Assembly: GCF_050920415.1 (NCBI RefSeq)
Contig: NZ_CP169309.1
Length of the DNA: 64,000 nucleotides
Source: Escherichia coli
GTDB lineage: Bacteria; Pseudomonadota; Gammaproteobacteria; Enterobacterales; Enterobacteriaceae
Direction: 5' to 3' (one strand)
In this document: piece after piece, positions 43,376 through 54,950 of the stretch
Position numbering within the stretch: position 1 is the stretch's first letter
How the letters are laid out: every line of letters starts with the position of its first letter
The notes under the pieces: generated by a model
The model's input: the letters and a program-made list of their open reading frames with translations, nothing else
Told to the model about the DNA's origin: nothing
The model's database searches: none
Translations under genes and position numbers: made by a program

Positions 43376-44041
43376 TTAACGCGCTATATCCCAGCCGCGA
43401 GCCTTCCAGAGCGCAGGCAGTTGCGCCAGCTCGGTAAAGGTGGTGACTTTCGGGTGAACGATCGGCTTATTGTGCGGGTCAGCGCAGAAGTAAAACACTT
43501 CCATACCGGCATCTATCCCTGACTGCGCACCGGCGCTGGAGTCATCGACCAGAATGCAGTTTTCAACGTTCACATTCATCGCTTTTGCCGCATGGAACAT
43601 TAATGCCGGATCGGGCTTCCAACGCTGGATATCGTAGCCGCTGAACAGTTTTTCCGGGAAGTAGTGCAGCATATTGAGCTTACCAAGCGAATGCTGCATT
43701 TTGCTCACCGGGCCATTAGAAACCACGCACATCGGCACGTTAACGCTCGCCAGCAATTCGTTCGCTCCCGCGATGACCTCTAGTTCGCTATCAAACAGGC
43801 GGGTGACTTCTGCGCGGTAAACGTGCTCTGCATCGGCCTGGACCATCGTCACGTCCTGCTCTTTACTGATGATATCGATGATTTCATAGAGTTTTACGCC
43901 TTTAAAACGGGTAAAAATCTCTTCCAGGTCTACGTTAATGCCAAATTCCCTGAACATCGTGACATAGGCGCGAGAGCAAATGACCTCGCTATCGACCAGC
44001 GTACCATCGCAGTCGAAAAATACCGCTTCTATCTGGGACAT
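43376..44041 (-). CDS. yieH: HAD-superfamily sugar phosphatase
   Basis: 221 aa, N-terminal DxD motif FFDCDGTLVDSE. Confidence 0.85.
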   Translation of the reverse strand: MSQIEAVFFDCDGTLVDSEVICSRAYVTMFREFGINVDLEEIFTRFKGVKLYEIIDIISKEQDVTMVQADAEHVYRAEVTRLFDSELEVIAGANELLASVNVPMCVVSNGPVSKMQHSLGKLNMLHYFPEKLFSGYDIQRWKPDPALMFHAAKAMNVNVENCILVDDSSAGAQSGIDAGMEVFYFCADPHNKPIVHPKVTTFTELAQLPALWKARGWDIAR

Positions 44042-44208
44042 GTCTTTCCTTTATCATTAGTTTAACGTTTTCGTCATGCAAATTTGCACAACGCAATCGT
44101 TGCCGTATAAGCAAATACAATGAAAAAAAGTTAACTTCAGCCGTCCATATTGTCTCATTTTGGTATACGATAGCGACGGATTTTCCCTCCTTAGTTCGGA
44201 AATAGATA

Positions 44209-45546
44209 ATGAGTCAACAACACACAACCCAGGCTTCTGGTCAGGGGATGCTGGAACGCGTGTTTAAACTGCGCGAACATGGCACGACGGCTCGGACCGA
44301 AGTGATCGCCGGTTTTACCACCTTCCTGACGATGGTTTACATCGTTTTTGTTAACCCGCAAATTCTTGGCGTTGCTGGCATGGACACCAGCGCCGTCTTC
44401 GTCACCACTTGTCTGATTGCTGCATTTGGCAGCATTCTGATGGGACTGTTTGCTAATCTGCCAGTTGCACTGGCACCAGCAATGGGCCTGAACGCATTCT
44501 TCGCTTTTGTGGTTGTACAGGCGATGGGCTTGCCGTGGCAGGTCGGGATGGGCGCAATCTTCTGGGGCGCGATGGGTCTATTGTTACTGACAGTTTTCCG
44601 CATTCGCTACTGGATGATTGCTAATATTCCGGTAAGTCTGCGTGTGGGCATCACCAGCGGTATCGGCCTGTTCATTGGCATGATGGGGCTGAAAAACGCG
44701 GGCGTGATTGTCGCGAATCCCGAAACGCTGGTGAGCATCGGTAACCTGACTTCTCACAGCGTGCTGCTGGGTATCCTCGGCTTCTTCATCATCGCTATTC
44801 TGGCCTCGCGCAATATTCACGCGGCGGTGCTGGTTTCTATTGTGGTGACGACGCTGCTGGGCTGGATGCTGGGTGATGTGCACTACAACGGCATCGTGTC
44901 TGCGCCACCGAGCGTAATGACAGTAGTGGGTCATGTCGATTTAGCCGGTTCGTTTAATCTCGGTTTGGCAGGGGTGATTTTCTCTTTCATGCTGGTCAAC
45001 CTGTTTGACTCCTCCGGTACGCTGATTGGCGTGACCGATAAAGCAGGGCTGGCGGATGAGAAAGGTAAATTCCCGCGCATGAAGCAGGCGCTGTATGTCG
45101 ACAGTATCTCTTCCGTGACAGGTTCGTTTATCGGTACTTCTTCTGTTACAGCGTATATTGAGTCCTCTTCCGGCGTTTCTGTTGGTGGTCGCACCGGTCT
45201 GACGGCAGTTGTTGTCGGCTTGCTGTTCCTGCTGGTTATCTTCCTGTCGCCGCTGGCGGGGATGGTGCCTGGCTACGCTGCAGCTGGTGCGTTGATCTAC
45301 GTTGGTGTGCTGATGACCTCAAGTCTTGCTCGCGTGAATTGGCAGGATCTTACCGAATCCGTTCCAGCGTTTATTACCGCCGTGATGATGCCGTTCAGCT
45401 TCTCGATTACCGAAGGTATCGCACTGGGCTTTATCTCCTACTGCGTGATGAAAATCGGCACCGGACGTCTGCGCGATCTTAGCCCGTGTGTGGTTGTGGT
45501 GGCGCTGCTGTTTATCCTGAAGATTGTGTTTATCGACGCTCACTAA
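44209..45546 (+). CDS. adeP: Adenine permease (NCS2/AzgA family)
   Basis: 445 aa polytopic transporter; position between yieH and chrR. Confidence 0.85.
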   Translation: MSQQHTTQASGQGMLERVFKLREHGTTARTEVIAGFTTFLTMVYIVFVNPQILGVAGMDTSAVFVTTCLIAAFGSILMGLFANLPVALAPAMGLNAFFAFVVVQAMGLPWQVGMGAIFWGAMGLLLLTVFRIRYWMIANIPVSLRVGITSGIGLFIGMMGLKNAGVIVANPETLVSIGNLTSHSVLLGILGFFIIAILASRNIHAAVLVSIVVTTLLGWMLGDVHYNGIVSAPPSVMTVVGHVDLAGSFNLGLAGVIFSFMLVNLFDSSGTLIGVTDKAGLADEKGKFPRMKQALYVDSISSVTGSFIGTSSVTAYIESSSGVSVGGRTGLTAVVVGLLFLLVIFLSPLAGMVPGYAAAGALIYVGVLMTSSLARVNWQDLTESVPAFITAVMMPFSFSITEGIALGFISYCVMKIGTGRLRDLSPCVVVVALLFILKIVFIDAH

Positions 45547-45599
45547 AATCGATAGCGCGTTAAAAACCCGCCATGCATGATTGCTGGCGGGTTTTTTAT

Positions 45600-46166
45600 T
45601 TAGATCTTAACTCGCTGAATAAACTCACCAAATGCGGTTAATTGCCCGGTCAGGTGGTCAAGCGTACCCTGATCAATCACTTCTCCGGTTTGCGGATCAA
45701 CTTTGTTCTGAATCACGCCGCCCATAAATTCAGGCTTGTTCATCACCATTGCATCGAGAAAAACCAGAATCTGGCGCAGATGATACTGACAGCGCGCGCC
45801 GCCAATCACGCCCATTGAGCTGGTCTGAATCAACACCGGTTTACCAGCCAGAGGTTGATCCGGCAGGCGGGAAAGCCAGTCGATGGCATTTTTCAGCCCG
45901 CCCGGTACCGAGTAGTTATATTCCGGCGTGACGATCACCACACCGTCAGCCTGACGGATCTGCTCCGCCATAGCTTCTACCGTTGCGGGAAAACCTTCTT
46001 CCTGCTGTACATCAGCGTCATACAGGGGAATGTCGGCAATGGAAGGTAATGCATTGATTTCCATGCTAGCAGGAGCAATTTTCGGCAGGGTACGTGCAAC
46101 CATGCCATTAAATGAGCCTTTGCGCAGGCTTCCCAGTAACGTAACCACCTTCAATTTTTCAGACAT
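45600..46166 (-). CDS. chrR: NAD(P)H-dependent FMN reductase / chromate reductase
   Basis: 188 aa flavodoxin-like fold; position matches yieF. Confidence 0.8.
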   Translation of the reverse strand: MSEKLKVVTLLGSLRKGSFNGMVARTLPKIAPASMEINALPSIADIPLYDADVQQEEGFPATVEAMAEQIRQADGVVIVTPEYNYSVPGGLKNAIDWLSRLPDQPLAGKPVLIQTSSMGVIGGARCQYHLRQILVFLDAMVMNKPEFMGGVIQNKVDPQTGEVIDQGTLDHLTGQLTAFGEFIQRVKI

Positions 46167-46187
46167 GATGACTCCTGTGGTTGTCTA

Positions 46188-46949
46188 TCAATTTGGCGAA
46201 AAAGACTTCATGGTAGAGAGTTGGGCAAAACGCATCATCCTGCTGGTAGGATTGTTGGCGCGGCTGTGAATATCCGGCAGGCTTTTCCAGCCGCGTTTGC
46301 CATCTAACTCCCAGACACTGAGCTTTTCAATTGTGGGCGTGACCGCCACGGACCACACCAGCACGTCCTCCGCGTCGCATAACGCTTCTACATGATTTAC
46401 ATGAGCACATTTCAGGCGTCCGGCAATGGGCAGCAGCTGCAGATCGCGCGGATCGTCATTCAAAACATCACCGGTTAGTTTTAGCACGCTTCGGCGCAAC
46501 GTGATGAGTTGCGCCCGCGCTTCGTTAGGATCGTTTTGTTTACTGATCCATAGCGATTCATTGCTGGAAAAGGTGTGGTTATCGAGCGCGTGTGGGCTAT
46601 GAAACCCGCGCGTCGCACGCTGCAGTTCCATATCGAGGCCACATTCACCTTCGGTTGTTAGCGCCACGCCAACCATATTCCCGGCATAGGAAATAGAAAA
46701 CGAGGGCAAATTTTTATCACTGAAAACCGGTTTTCCTTTCGGCAGGGTGACGATTTCCGGTAATTCGCCGATGCCATACAGCATGAACATCAGTTCTGCG
46801 AGTAAACCTCTGGACGCCAGGAAACGGCTTTGACGATGAGGGGGAATATTTCGGGCTTCTTGATGACACTGGGAGGAGAGACGAACAGAAATCAGATGTC
46901 CTTCCGTTAAAATCCCTCGGGCAAAGTGAGTCGCCATTTTTCGCTCCAT
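46188..46949 (-). CDS. yieE: Putative 4-phosphopantetheinyl transferase family protein
   Basis: 253 aa ORF; assignment by position between chrR and yidZ. Confidence 0.6.
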   Translation of the reverse strand: MERKMATHFARGILTEGHLISVRLSSQCHQEARNIPPHRQSRFLASRGLLAELMFMLYGIGELPEIVTLPKGKPVFSDKNLPSFSISYAGNMVGVALTTEGECGLDMELQRATRGFHSPHALDNHTFSSNESLWISKQNDPNEARAQLITLRRSVLKLTGDVLNDDPRDLQLLPIAGRLKCAHVNHVEALCDAEDVLVWSVAVTPTIEKLSVWELDGKRGWKSLPDIHSRANNPTSRMMRFAQLSTMKSFSPN

Positions 46950-47093
46950 GCTTAATGGTCCATTATGAATACAAGAGTAATCATTTACTGGAATGATGGA
47001 CAGACTAAAGCAGCTAAAAGTTCGATTCAGACAATCTTATTACAACTATTTTACATTTTATTGTGAAATAGGGTTGCGTTTCATACGATTCGG

Positions 47094-48050
47094 TTATGCC
47101 ATCGACGCGTAAAGATTTTTAATGGTTTCCCGTAACCAGACGATCTTCGGATTATGGCTGTTCCGTTTATGCCACAGTAGGGTAAAAGGGACTTCCAACT
47201 TTTTTTGCTGGCTTTCGTCAAACGGGAGAGGTAGAGCAACTAACGGCAGTTGGTGGAGTTGATTGTAGTACTGACAGTAGCGTGGTGCGGTCGCCAGTAG
47301 CAGATTGTCGGGCTGCGCTGCCATAAACAGTGACTGCTCGAATTCCGGCAAACTCATAGCAATCGTGCGTTCGCGCCCCAGCTCCTGTAACACATTGTCC
47401 AGCGCCCAGGTATCGCTCTGTTCCCAGCAAATGCTGATATGTGGGTAACGTAAAAAGGTATCCAGATCCCACGCTTCATGCAGTGCTGGATGATCTTTGC
47501 GCAACCAGACGCAGGGCACATCACTAAACAGTACTTCATAATCAATGGCTAATGGCAGCGAACTTAGCAGCTCCCGCGAACGGGGATGGCTTTCGCGACC
47601 GGAAAAACCAATATCCACTTCGCCACGGGTAATCGCATCCAGTGAATCATAATCCCAGTTGCGCAATTTGATCGTCGCCTGGGGGTAACGCTGGTAGATC
47701 TGCTTAGTCAGCGTATTGAACATGATCATCATCAGCGGCGATTCCGCCGCCAGTTCAAACTTAAGACCGCGCGGCGTTTGGTGGTGCGGTTTATCCAGCA
47801 GCAGGTTGCTCATTTGCATCCATTCCGCCAGATTTTGCTCCATGCTGACCATTAGCGGTGTGGGCGACAGGCCCAGCGGTGAGTTCATAAAGAGCGGGTC
47901 GTCAAACCACGCTCTTAACTTTGCCAGAGACTTACTCACCGCTGAAGGCGTCACGTTCATCCGCTTAGCCGCTTTGGTCACGCTGCGTTCCTGCATCAGC
48001 AGTTGCAGGCAGAGCAGTAAATTGAGATCAAGCGTGGTGATGGATTTCTT
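47094..48050 (-). CDS. yidZ: LysR-family transcriptional regulator
   Basis: N-terminal HTH (…[23 protein letters not shown]…); recalled start [13 protein letters not shown] lies 4 codons inside tracked ORF 47094..48062 and overlaps the 3-prime end of mdtL. Confidence 0.85.
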   Translation of the reverse strand, partial: KKSITTLDLNLLLCLQLLMQERSVTKAAKRMNVTPSAVSKSLAKLRAWFDDPLFMNSPLGLSPTPLMVSMEQNLAEWMQMSNLLLDKPHHQTPRGLKFELAAESPLMMIMFNTLTKQIYQRYPQATIKLRNWDYDSLDAITRGEVDIGFSGRESHPRSRELLSSLPLAIDYEVLFSDVPCVWLRKDHPALHEAWDLDTFLRYPHISICWEQSDTWALDNVLQELGRERTIAMSLPEFEQSLFMAAQPDNLLLATAPRYCQYYNQLHQLPLVALPLPFDESQQKKLEVPFTLLWHKRNSHNPKIVWLRETIKNLYASMA

Positions 48051-49203
48051 CATGAGCGGCAACGGGGCGTCCAGGCGCGACGAACATAATCAGCAACAGG
48101 CTCACTATGCTACAGGCAATCAGAATCCCGATCAGCATATTCCATGCGCCGATACCAACCACCGCTGCCAGCCAAATCCACAGTGACGAACCGCAAACTT
48201 GCGCAATACCTAAGGTCGAGCTGGCAACACCCGCGCGTAATGAAAACGGCCCTAACGCCTGACTCATCGCTACGCCAAAACCTACCGAGAAACCGGCGCA
48301 AATCAGCGTGATACCAAACAGAGAAACCGCATGGGAAGGTGAAACGGCAAGAGTGATACCTGCCGCCAGAAATAACACCTGTGAGGTAATCATCAACGTA
48401 CGTGGCTTAAAGATCCCCAGTGCAAATGGCGTGGAGAATGAAACGGTCATGCTGACCCCTGCGGTCAACGCCATTATGGTGGCGTATTCTCCGCGCTCAA
48501 AACCCATGATTTCCATCAGCAATACCGGCGACGTATTCACGAAGGTGAGGATCACCGAAACGCTGAGGGTGGTGATAACAACACGGCTGAGGAAAAACCG
48601 GTTAAGCAGCGACTCGCTATTTTCTCGTGGTTTGTCAGAAGCTGCGGGGGCGGCAGGGCGCGTTTCTTTTAAAATAAACAAAGACAACATCAGTACTGCG
48701 ATGCCCATCGTTGCCATCGTCCAGAACAGACTCTGCCACGGGAATTTAAGCATAATCAGGTGTCCGAGCACTGGCGCTAACACCGGAATGATGCAGGTAA
48801 TACCGTTGAGTAACGACAGCACTTTTGCCCGACGTCGATCGTCCAGTGTGTCACGTAAAATGGCGAACGCCACCACGTAACAACAGCCTGCGCCCAGCCC
48901 CTGTAGAAATCGTCCTGCAAGAAATAACGTGCTGGTTTCAGCCAGTGAACAAAACACCGAGGCAATAATAAATAGCGCCGCGCCGGGTATGGCGACAGGC
49001 TTTCTCCCTGAACGATCGGCCACTTTACCGGCAAATAACATCGCTGCTGCCATACCTGCCAGATAAACGGAGAACGCAATATGCAACTGCGCTTCGCTGG
49101 CATTGAGATCGGCGGCGATGCGCGGTAAACCAACGAGGTACATATCAATCCCTGCGGGATAAAGTAAAACCAGGGCAAAACTACAAATCAAAAAGCGGGA
49201 CAT
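48028..49203 (-). CDS. mdtL: MFS multidrug efflux transporter
   Basis: 391 aa, 12-TM MFS protein. Confidence 0.9.
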   Translation of the reverse strand: MSRFLICSFALVLLYPAGIDMYLVGLPRIAADLNASEAQLHIAFSVYLAGMAAAMLFAGKVADRSGRKPVAIPGAALFIIASVFCSLAETSTLFLAGRFLQGLGAGCCYVVAFAILRDTLDDRRRAKVLSLLNGITCIIPVLAPVLGHLIMLKFPWQSLFWTMATMGIAVLMLSLFILKETRPAAPAASDKPRENSESLLNRFFLSRVVITTLSVSVILTFVNTSPVLLMEIMGFERGEYATIMALTAGVSMTVSFSTPFALGIFKPRTLMITSQVLFLAAGITLAVSPSHAVSLFGITLICAGFSVGFGVAMSQALGPFSLRAGVASSTLGIAQVCGSSLWIWLAAVVGIGAWNMLIGILIACSIVSLLLIMFVAPGRPVAAHEEIHHHA

Positions 49204-49335
49204 GGGCTAAAGCGTCCTGATAGTAAGGTGACGCAAAGCATACGTGGTGAAGGAGAATCAGGCGAGTTGCCATTTGGACATAAGTGATTTCCTGACAGGC
49301 AAGAAGCCAGCTATTTCGCTGGCTTCTTAAACGGA

Positions 49336-50583
49336 TTAGCCAAATTTAGGTAACACATTAAAGACGTTACCGAACCAGCATAAAATTACGGTTATACCAA
49401 AGAGAATGACAATCGCCGGAATAAGATTGCCGCCCCAGACCGTGAACATCTGATTGGGAAATTTCTTGCGAGCTTTGATTGCCAGCACCGCGGGGATAAT
49501 GACTGCCCAGATGGTGGCGCATAGTCCGGCACCGCCGATCCCGTAAATAAAGCCGTTTGGGAAGACGAGATATAACAAAGCAGGTGGCAGGAAGGTTAAC
49601 AGCACGGTTTTGAAACGCCCGCCGTGGGAGTTATCAATCTTAAACAGATCCGCCAGATAATCGAACAACCCCAGTGTGACACCAAAGAACGAACTGGCGA
49701 CAGCTAAGTTAGAGAACACCAGCAGGCAAAACTCGATAATGCCGTGCTGTTTGGTGCCGAGGAACGATTTCACCAGCGAATCAACGTTGCCGCCTGAGGA
49801 GATAATCGCCTTAAAGCTTTCTCGCGGAATATTCCCCATCGTGCAATAGAGCCAGAAGAGATAAATCACCAGCGCCAGCAGCGAACCAAAAACCACACTT
49901 TTGATTAGCTTATCTTTGCGTTTGCCATAGCAAATAATCAGGCTGGGAATATTGCCGTGGAAACCAAATGACGCCAGACACACCGGCAAAGCCATAAAGA
50001 TATACGGGAAATAAGACGTTCCCGCAGTGGTGCTGGTGGCATCGCGCAGAATGGAGTAATCGACCTGGAAGAAGAAAGAACCAAACACGATCACAAAGGA
50101 GATAATCTTCAACCCGAGGAACAACGAGGTAATACGGCTGGCGGCTAACGAGCTTATCCACAATACGCTGGCAACGAAAATGGCTGTGCAGATCCCGACA
50201 ATACGTGGATTAGCGTGATAACCCAAATTCATTGATATCGTTTCACTAATGATCGCACCATTAGCAGAGATATAGGCATAAGTGAGGATATAGAGAACGA
50301 AGGCAACGGTAATACCGCTGATAATGTTCCAGGTGTTACCGATTAAATCTTTGGTGATGGTGTTAAAACTGGAGCCGACGGGATAATTTAAATTTGCTTC
50401 TAATAATAATAACCCGGAATGAAGCATTGAAAACCAGGCAATGATAAGGATAAAGGCACCCCAGAAAAACCAGGCACCGGCAAGATCAACAGGTAAAGCA
50501 AACATACCTCCACCGATTACTGTACCTGCTATAACCATAACACCCCAAAATGCAGAGTGCTTTTTTTCAGCTTGATCAGTCAT
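49336..50583 (-). CDS. tnaB: Low-affinity tryptophan permease
   Basis: 415 aa aromatic amino acid permease downstream of tnaA. Confidence 0.92.
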   Translation of the reverse strand: MTDQAEKKHSAFWGVMVIAGTVIGGGMFALPVDLAGAWFFWGAFILIIAWFSMLHSGLLLLEANLNYPVGSSFNTITKDLIGNTWNIISGITVAFVLYILTYAYISANGAIISETISMNLGYHANPRIVGICTAIFVASVLWISSLAASRITSLFLGLKIISFVIVFGSFFFQVDYSILRDATSTTAGTSYFPYIFMALPVCLASFGFHGNIPSLIICYGKRKDKLIKSVVFGSLLALVIYLFWLYCTMGNIPRESFKAIISSGGNVDSLVKSFLGTKQHGIIEFCLLVFSNLAVASSFFGVTLGLFDYLADLFKIDNSHGGRFKTVLLTFLPPALLYLVFPNGFIYGIGGAGLCATIWAVIIPAVLAIKARKKFPNQMFTVWGGNLIPAIVILFGITVILCWFGNVFNVLPKFG

Positions 50584-50674
50584 GATGCCACCTTTAGAGG
50601 AAGGCTATTTTTGTTATTGAAGATGTAGGGAGTTAGAGTGGCTAACATCCTTATAGCCACTCTGAATGTATTAA

Positions 50675-52090
50675 TTAAACTTCTTTCAGTTTTGCGGTGA
50701 AGTGACGCAATACTTTTGGCTCATAGGTAAAGGTTAAACCTTTAATATTCGCCGCGTTCTCTTTCACATGTTTGAAGGCTTCAATAATGAAGTCCATATG
50801 TGTTTGAGTATATGTTGCGCGCGGAATGGTTAAACGCAGCAGTTCAGCCGGGCATGGCAGTTGTTTACCGGTTTTCGGATCGCGGCCTAACAGGAAAGAG
50901 CCAATTTCTACCGCACGGATACCGGCGACTTTATACAGCTCGCAGGCCAGCGCCTGTGCCGGGAACTGATCTGCCGGGATATGCGGCAACAGTTTACCTG
51001 CATCAACGAATGCCGCGTGACCGCCCGCCTGCTGGCAGACAACGCCAATCTCTTCCAGACCATCAACCAGATACTGTACCTGCGCGATACGATAAGCCAG
51101 CCAGTCCAGATTCATGCCGTCATACAGACCTACCGCCAGACGCTCCATCGCACCGCCTTCCAGGCCGCCATATGTCGGGAAGCCTTCCTGTACCACGCAA
51201 AGGGTTCTGCATTCGGTATACACATCAAAGAAGCTGTCGTCTTTCATGCACAGCAAGCCGCCCATCGGCACCATTGCATCTTTCTTGGCGGACATCGCCA
51301 GCATATCGGCATATTTGTAGGTTTCGCGGGTGATCTGCTCGATGGTCCAGTCTTTGTATTCTGCTTCACGCTGCTTGATGAAATAGGCGTTTTCGGCAAA
51401 GCGTGCGGAGTCCATGACCACCGGAATATCGTATTTCTTCGCGATGCTGTACATCGCTTTTAAGTTTGCCAGTGAAACCGGCTGACCACCTGCGGAGTTA
51501 CTGGTGATGGTTGCAACGATATACGGCACGTTATTCGGGCCAACTTCTTCAATACCGCGTTCTAATCCCTCAAGGTCAAAGTTGCCTTTAAAGTCGTAAC
51601 GCACGCCCGTATCGAAGGCTTCTTTGATATAGACGTTACGCACGGTACAGCCGTTGATCTGGCTATGGCCCTGCGTGGTATCAAAGAAATAGTTAGAGAA
51701 CGCCACCATTTTGCTGCGATCCAGGCCCTTTTCCTGCTCGCGTTTTTTAATCAGAACAGGAATATAGATTTGCTCTGCACCACGGCCCTGGTGAGTCGGA
51801 ATAGTGTATTGATAACCAAAGATATTTTTCACTGACTCGGCTAACGCATAGTAGCTGCGGCTGCCGCTGTAAGCTTCATCGCCGCGCATCATCGCGGCCT
51901 GCATACTCTGCGTCACCGCCCCGGTGCCGCTGTCGGTCAGTAAATCGATAAACACATCTTCGCTATCCAGCAGGAACGGGTTCATACCGGATTTAATAAT
52001 TGCCTCTTCACGGTAAGCGCGAGTCGTACGTTTTACTGGCTCAATAACACGAATGCGGAATGGTTCAGGGAGATGTTTAAAGTTTTCCAT
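50675..52090 (-). CDS. tnaA: Tryptophanase
   Basis: Recalled protein starts [18 protein letters not shown], 5 codons inside tracked ORF 50675..52105; PLP-dependent enzyme. Confidence 0.95.
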
Positions 52091-52310
52091 TACATAATCC
52101 TTCATTTATTTTAATTACAGTGATCCCTGTGAATATGATATTTGCAATATCTATTAATTCGCCAGTTATATATGCCAAGACCATCATTTACTAAAACAAG
52201 TAAATAAATGAGAGACAGCCTTTGCAAAAGGCAAAATTAAGATATAGCAAACAAATAGATCACATTGAATCTAATCGGTTTGGCTCTGGTGATGGCTACA
52301 GAAGGGCAAA

Positions 52311-52385
52311 TCAAGGGCGGTGATCGACAATTTTATTGTCGATATTAAACCATTTTGAGGTCACACATATATGTAAGATATTCAT
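52311..52385 (-). CDS. tnaC: tna operon leader peptide TnaC (TnaL), 24 aa
   Basis: Reverse complement reads ATGAATATCTTACATATATGTGTGACCTCAAAATGGTTTAATATCGACAATAAAATTGTCGATCACCGCCCTTGA (MNILHICVTSKWFNIDNKIVDHRP); about 220 bp upstream of tnaA with a spacer for Rho-dependent attenuation. Confidence 0.9.
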   Translation of the reverse strand: MNILHICVTSKWFNIDNKIVDHRP

Positions 52386-52460
52386 AATGCACTTATCCTC
52401 GAAAGACACGCCGCTACATTATTACACTCAGAATTTTTGTCTATTCTGAAATTGTTTAAA

Positions 52461-52476
52461 TGTGAATCGAATCACA
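52461..52476. promoter_or_regulatory. CRP binding site of the tna promoter
   Basis: TGTGAATCGAATCACA, a near-perfect palindromic CRP site about 80 bp upstream of the tnaC start. Confidence 0.75.
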
Positions 52477-53648
52477 ATCGTTCGGAAAGCAATATTAAAT
52501 GCTTTTTTAAAGATTATAAATTACGTAAGAATTTTAATGTTTAAAAAAGGCTTGAGGAATAACAGGAATACTAACAATAAAGCGAAGCCGCGTCTGACAG
52601 TCAGAATGCGGCTTCGATACAGAAGCTGGAAAATCGAGCTAACTCGTTAATCTATCAGCGATACGTTGCCTTGAAAACATGGCTATGGGCACATTCAAGG
52701 ACACAAAAACCATTTTGTTCACAATGGCTGGTGGAACCACGGTTAAAACCATCACTCTATGAGGGCTTAGGGAAGTTCAGCTTTTATTGCAGATGTTCCC
52801 ATAATGGCAATAGCTTTTGTCAATGAATCGAGCCTCCTGAATAACTGAGCGGGCGATTTTATGCAGCGCGCATAGCTCCTTGATATGAGGCGATAAGCAT
52901 AGTTTTTGCGTACTGACTTGCGCTATAGTCCCCACGTTGCGGCAAAACCGCAACCGGAATTGGCGTTCCGAATTATCACGAGTGTCGGTAGCGATGTTTG
53001 CAGTGCTACTGGCGCGGCCTGCGCTCGCCCCTTCAATGGTGGCTCAGGCAGGGGCTTCGAAAGAAGCGCCGGGTCGTGATAACCGGTACGCCAACCCTGT
53101 CTGGGTCACCACCAGTGAGCCAGGCGTCTCCGGTGGTGGCGTTAACCTGCTTATCACGAAGCGGAGCGTTGCGTATGTGTCCTGTCCCTGAATTTCCCAT
53201 TGCACCAGCCTCCGCCGGAGGTATCTATGAAAATCACCGTAGAACAACCCTCAGCCAGAGAACTAGTCGATCGCTCGCGAGTCCTGGTGCATGTGATGCT
53301 CGAGCATCCTGACGATATCGGCCCGAATTATGCGTTGCTTCTCATCCTCGCCGACCAGCTACAACTATTAAGGGATGCTTTTGAAGAGGATGAGGTCAGA
53401 CGGCTTAGAGATGAGAAATTACCTCAGTAATTCTTACTGCGACCACAGCATCAGGGACAGATGTTGTGGTTGATTCCCCCACCTGCTTTTCCCTGGCTGG
53501 CTCCCCCATATTCTCTGAGGTGAATTCCATGAGCACAGCAATGGCGCGGGTTGAAAGGGCATCCCCCATCTTTCGCTGTTAAAGGTGAATAATGTGGGGG
53601 GAGTCGAGTACCTGTCAGTGTATCCCCCACATATTCCGGGTTCCACCA

Positions 53649-54950
53649 TCATTCCCCCGTATCCGGGAGCCGGATCTGTTCTCCATCGAGCACAATCAGT
53701 TGCTCGCGCAGCAGCTTCTCCAGCCAGCGCGAAAATTTCTTCTCGACGTTAATTCCCTTTGCGCGTAGATCGTCGCGCAAGAGCGCGCGGGTACAAGGCT
53801 TATTCTGGCTGATGCGTTGGTTAATACAGCGCCATAACGCCGTATGGTTGCGGGTGATATGAGGAACGTCGGGTGGTATGCCACTACTCAGTAAGTCATC
53901 GTCAGGTTGCCTAGGCTCGTCATTCAGCACCATTGAGGTCACTGGTTCGCCATCGCTATCGGTATAGATAACGACTTCCTCAAGATCGTAGGCGGTGACC
54001 TCCGGCATCTCCGCATCTTTCATCTTTGTACAACTCAGGGTGATAGCGTTGCGACGTCCCTCGCGCCTGACGTTAAACTCGGCATCCAGCGCAGCCTGAA
54101 AAGCACTTGAACCGCGTGCGCCCCGTTCCTGATCCTTACCCGAATGATGAACGATCATCATCGCTGCGCGCGTATGATACCGAATGGCGTCGCAACCCTA
54201 GATAAATGCGCCCATATCCCGCGCGGTGTTTTCATCTGAATTACCAAAACAGCGGGCCAGCGTATCGAGGATGATCAGCCGTACCGGCATTCCGGTCATG
54301 TTCTGAATGTCCTTTGCCGCCAGGATCACCTGCTCGATGCTTCCTGGAGCGGCTGGAAAGATCGGGCAGTCGACGCGAAACAGGTTATCGAGCGCCATCT
54401 CGTCATTAACGCTGAGTTCCCAGGCGCGGATCCGCCGCGATACACCGGTTCCTCCTTCTCCGGCGATAAACAGCACTGCTCCTTGATTGACTCGCCTTCC
54501 ACCCCATGACGTACCGCTTGCAATATGGCACGCCAGCGATACTGCCAGAAAGGATTTAAAACAGCCGCCGGGGCCGTAAATACTGCACAGCGTCCCGGCG
54601 GGAATAAGTCCTTTCACCAGATAATCCTGACTGGTGTTAAACCCTTCCGAGCCCCGGCGCAGCGGAAGGGTGGTGGTGAGAGTACGGTCTGATGCTGTCA
54701 TAGCTTACGACCTGAGATTTGCAGGAAGCTGCTGGTTGAACACAATCCGGGAAATGGATTCACCGTAGTGACGGTAAAATTCATCCCAGTCGCTCAATGT
54801 GGTGTCTGCAGGGAGAACCACACAGCCCTTCACTACCTCGGCAGCGGCGGTTGCATTCAGCAACCCGGTATTTTTCTCCTGACTGCAATCATTATCGCCA
54901 GCCAGGATAAGGTGGCATTCAGGCCACTGCGCCCGGAAAGCGATGGCCAC
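53649..54950 (-). pseudogene. P4 alpha-like primase/helicase remnant (Toprim + RecA-like/AAA_25 ATPase), 5-prime truncated and broken by in-frame stops
   Basis: Three same-frame ORFs: 54705..54950 (Toprim-like HLILAGDND), 54198..54701 (P-loop GPGGCFKS, Walker B LIILD) and 53649..54161 (HHSGK motif); they are separated by a TAA at 54705..54707 and a TAG at 54198..54200, and no N-terminal primase domain is present. Confidence 0.65.

Noticed and set aside
52937-53430. Small plus-strand ORFs (84, 104 and 76 aa) just inside the left end of the retron island
   Set aside because: They overlap each other in different frames, have no clear RBS and no recognisable motifs. One may be a real small island gene, but I cannot support a call from sequence alone.
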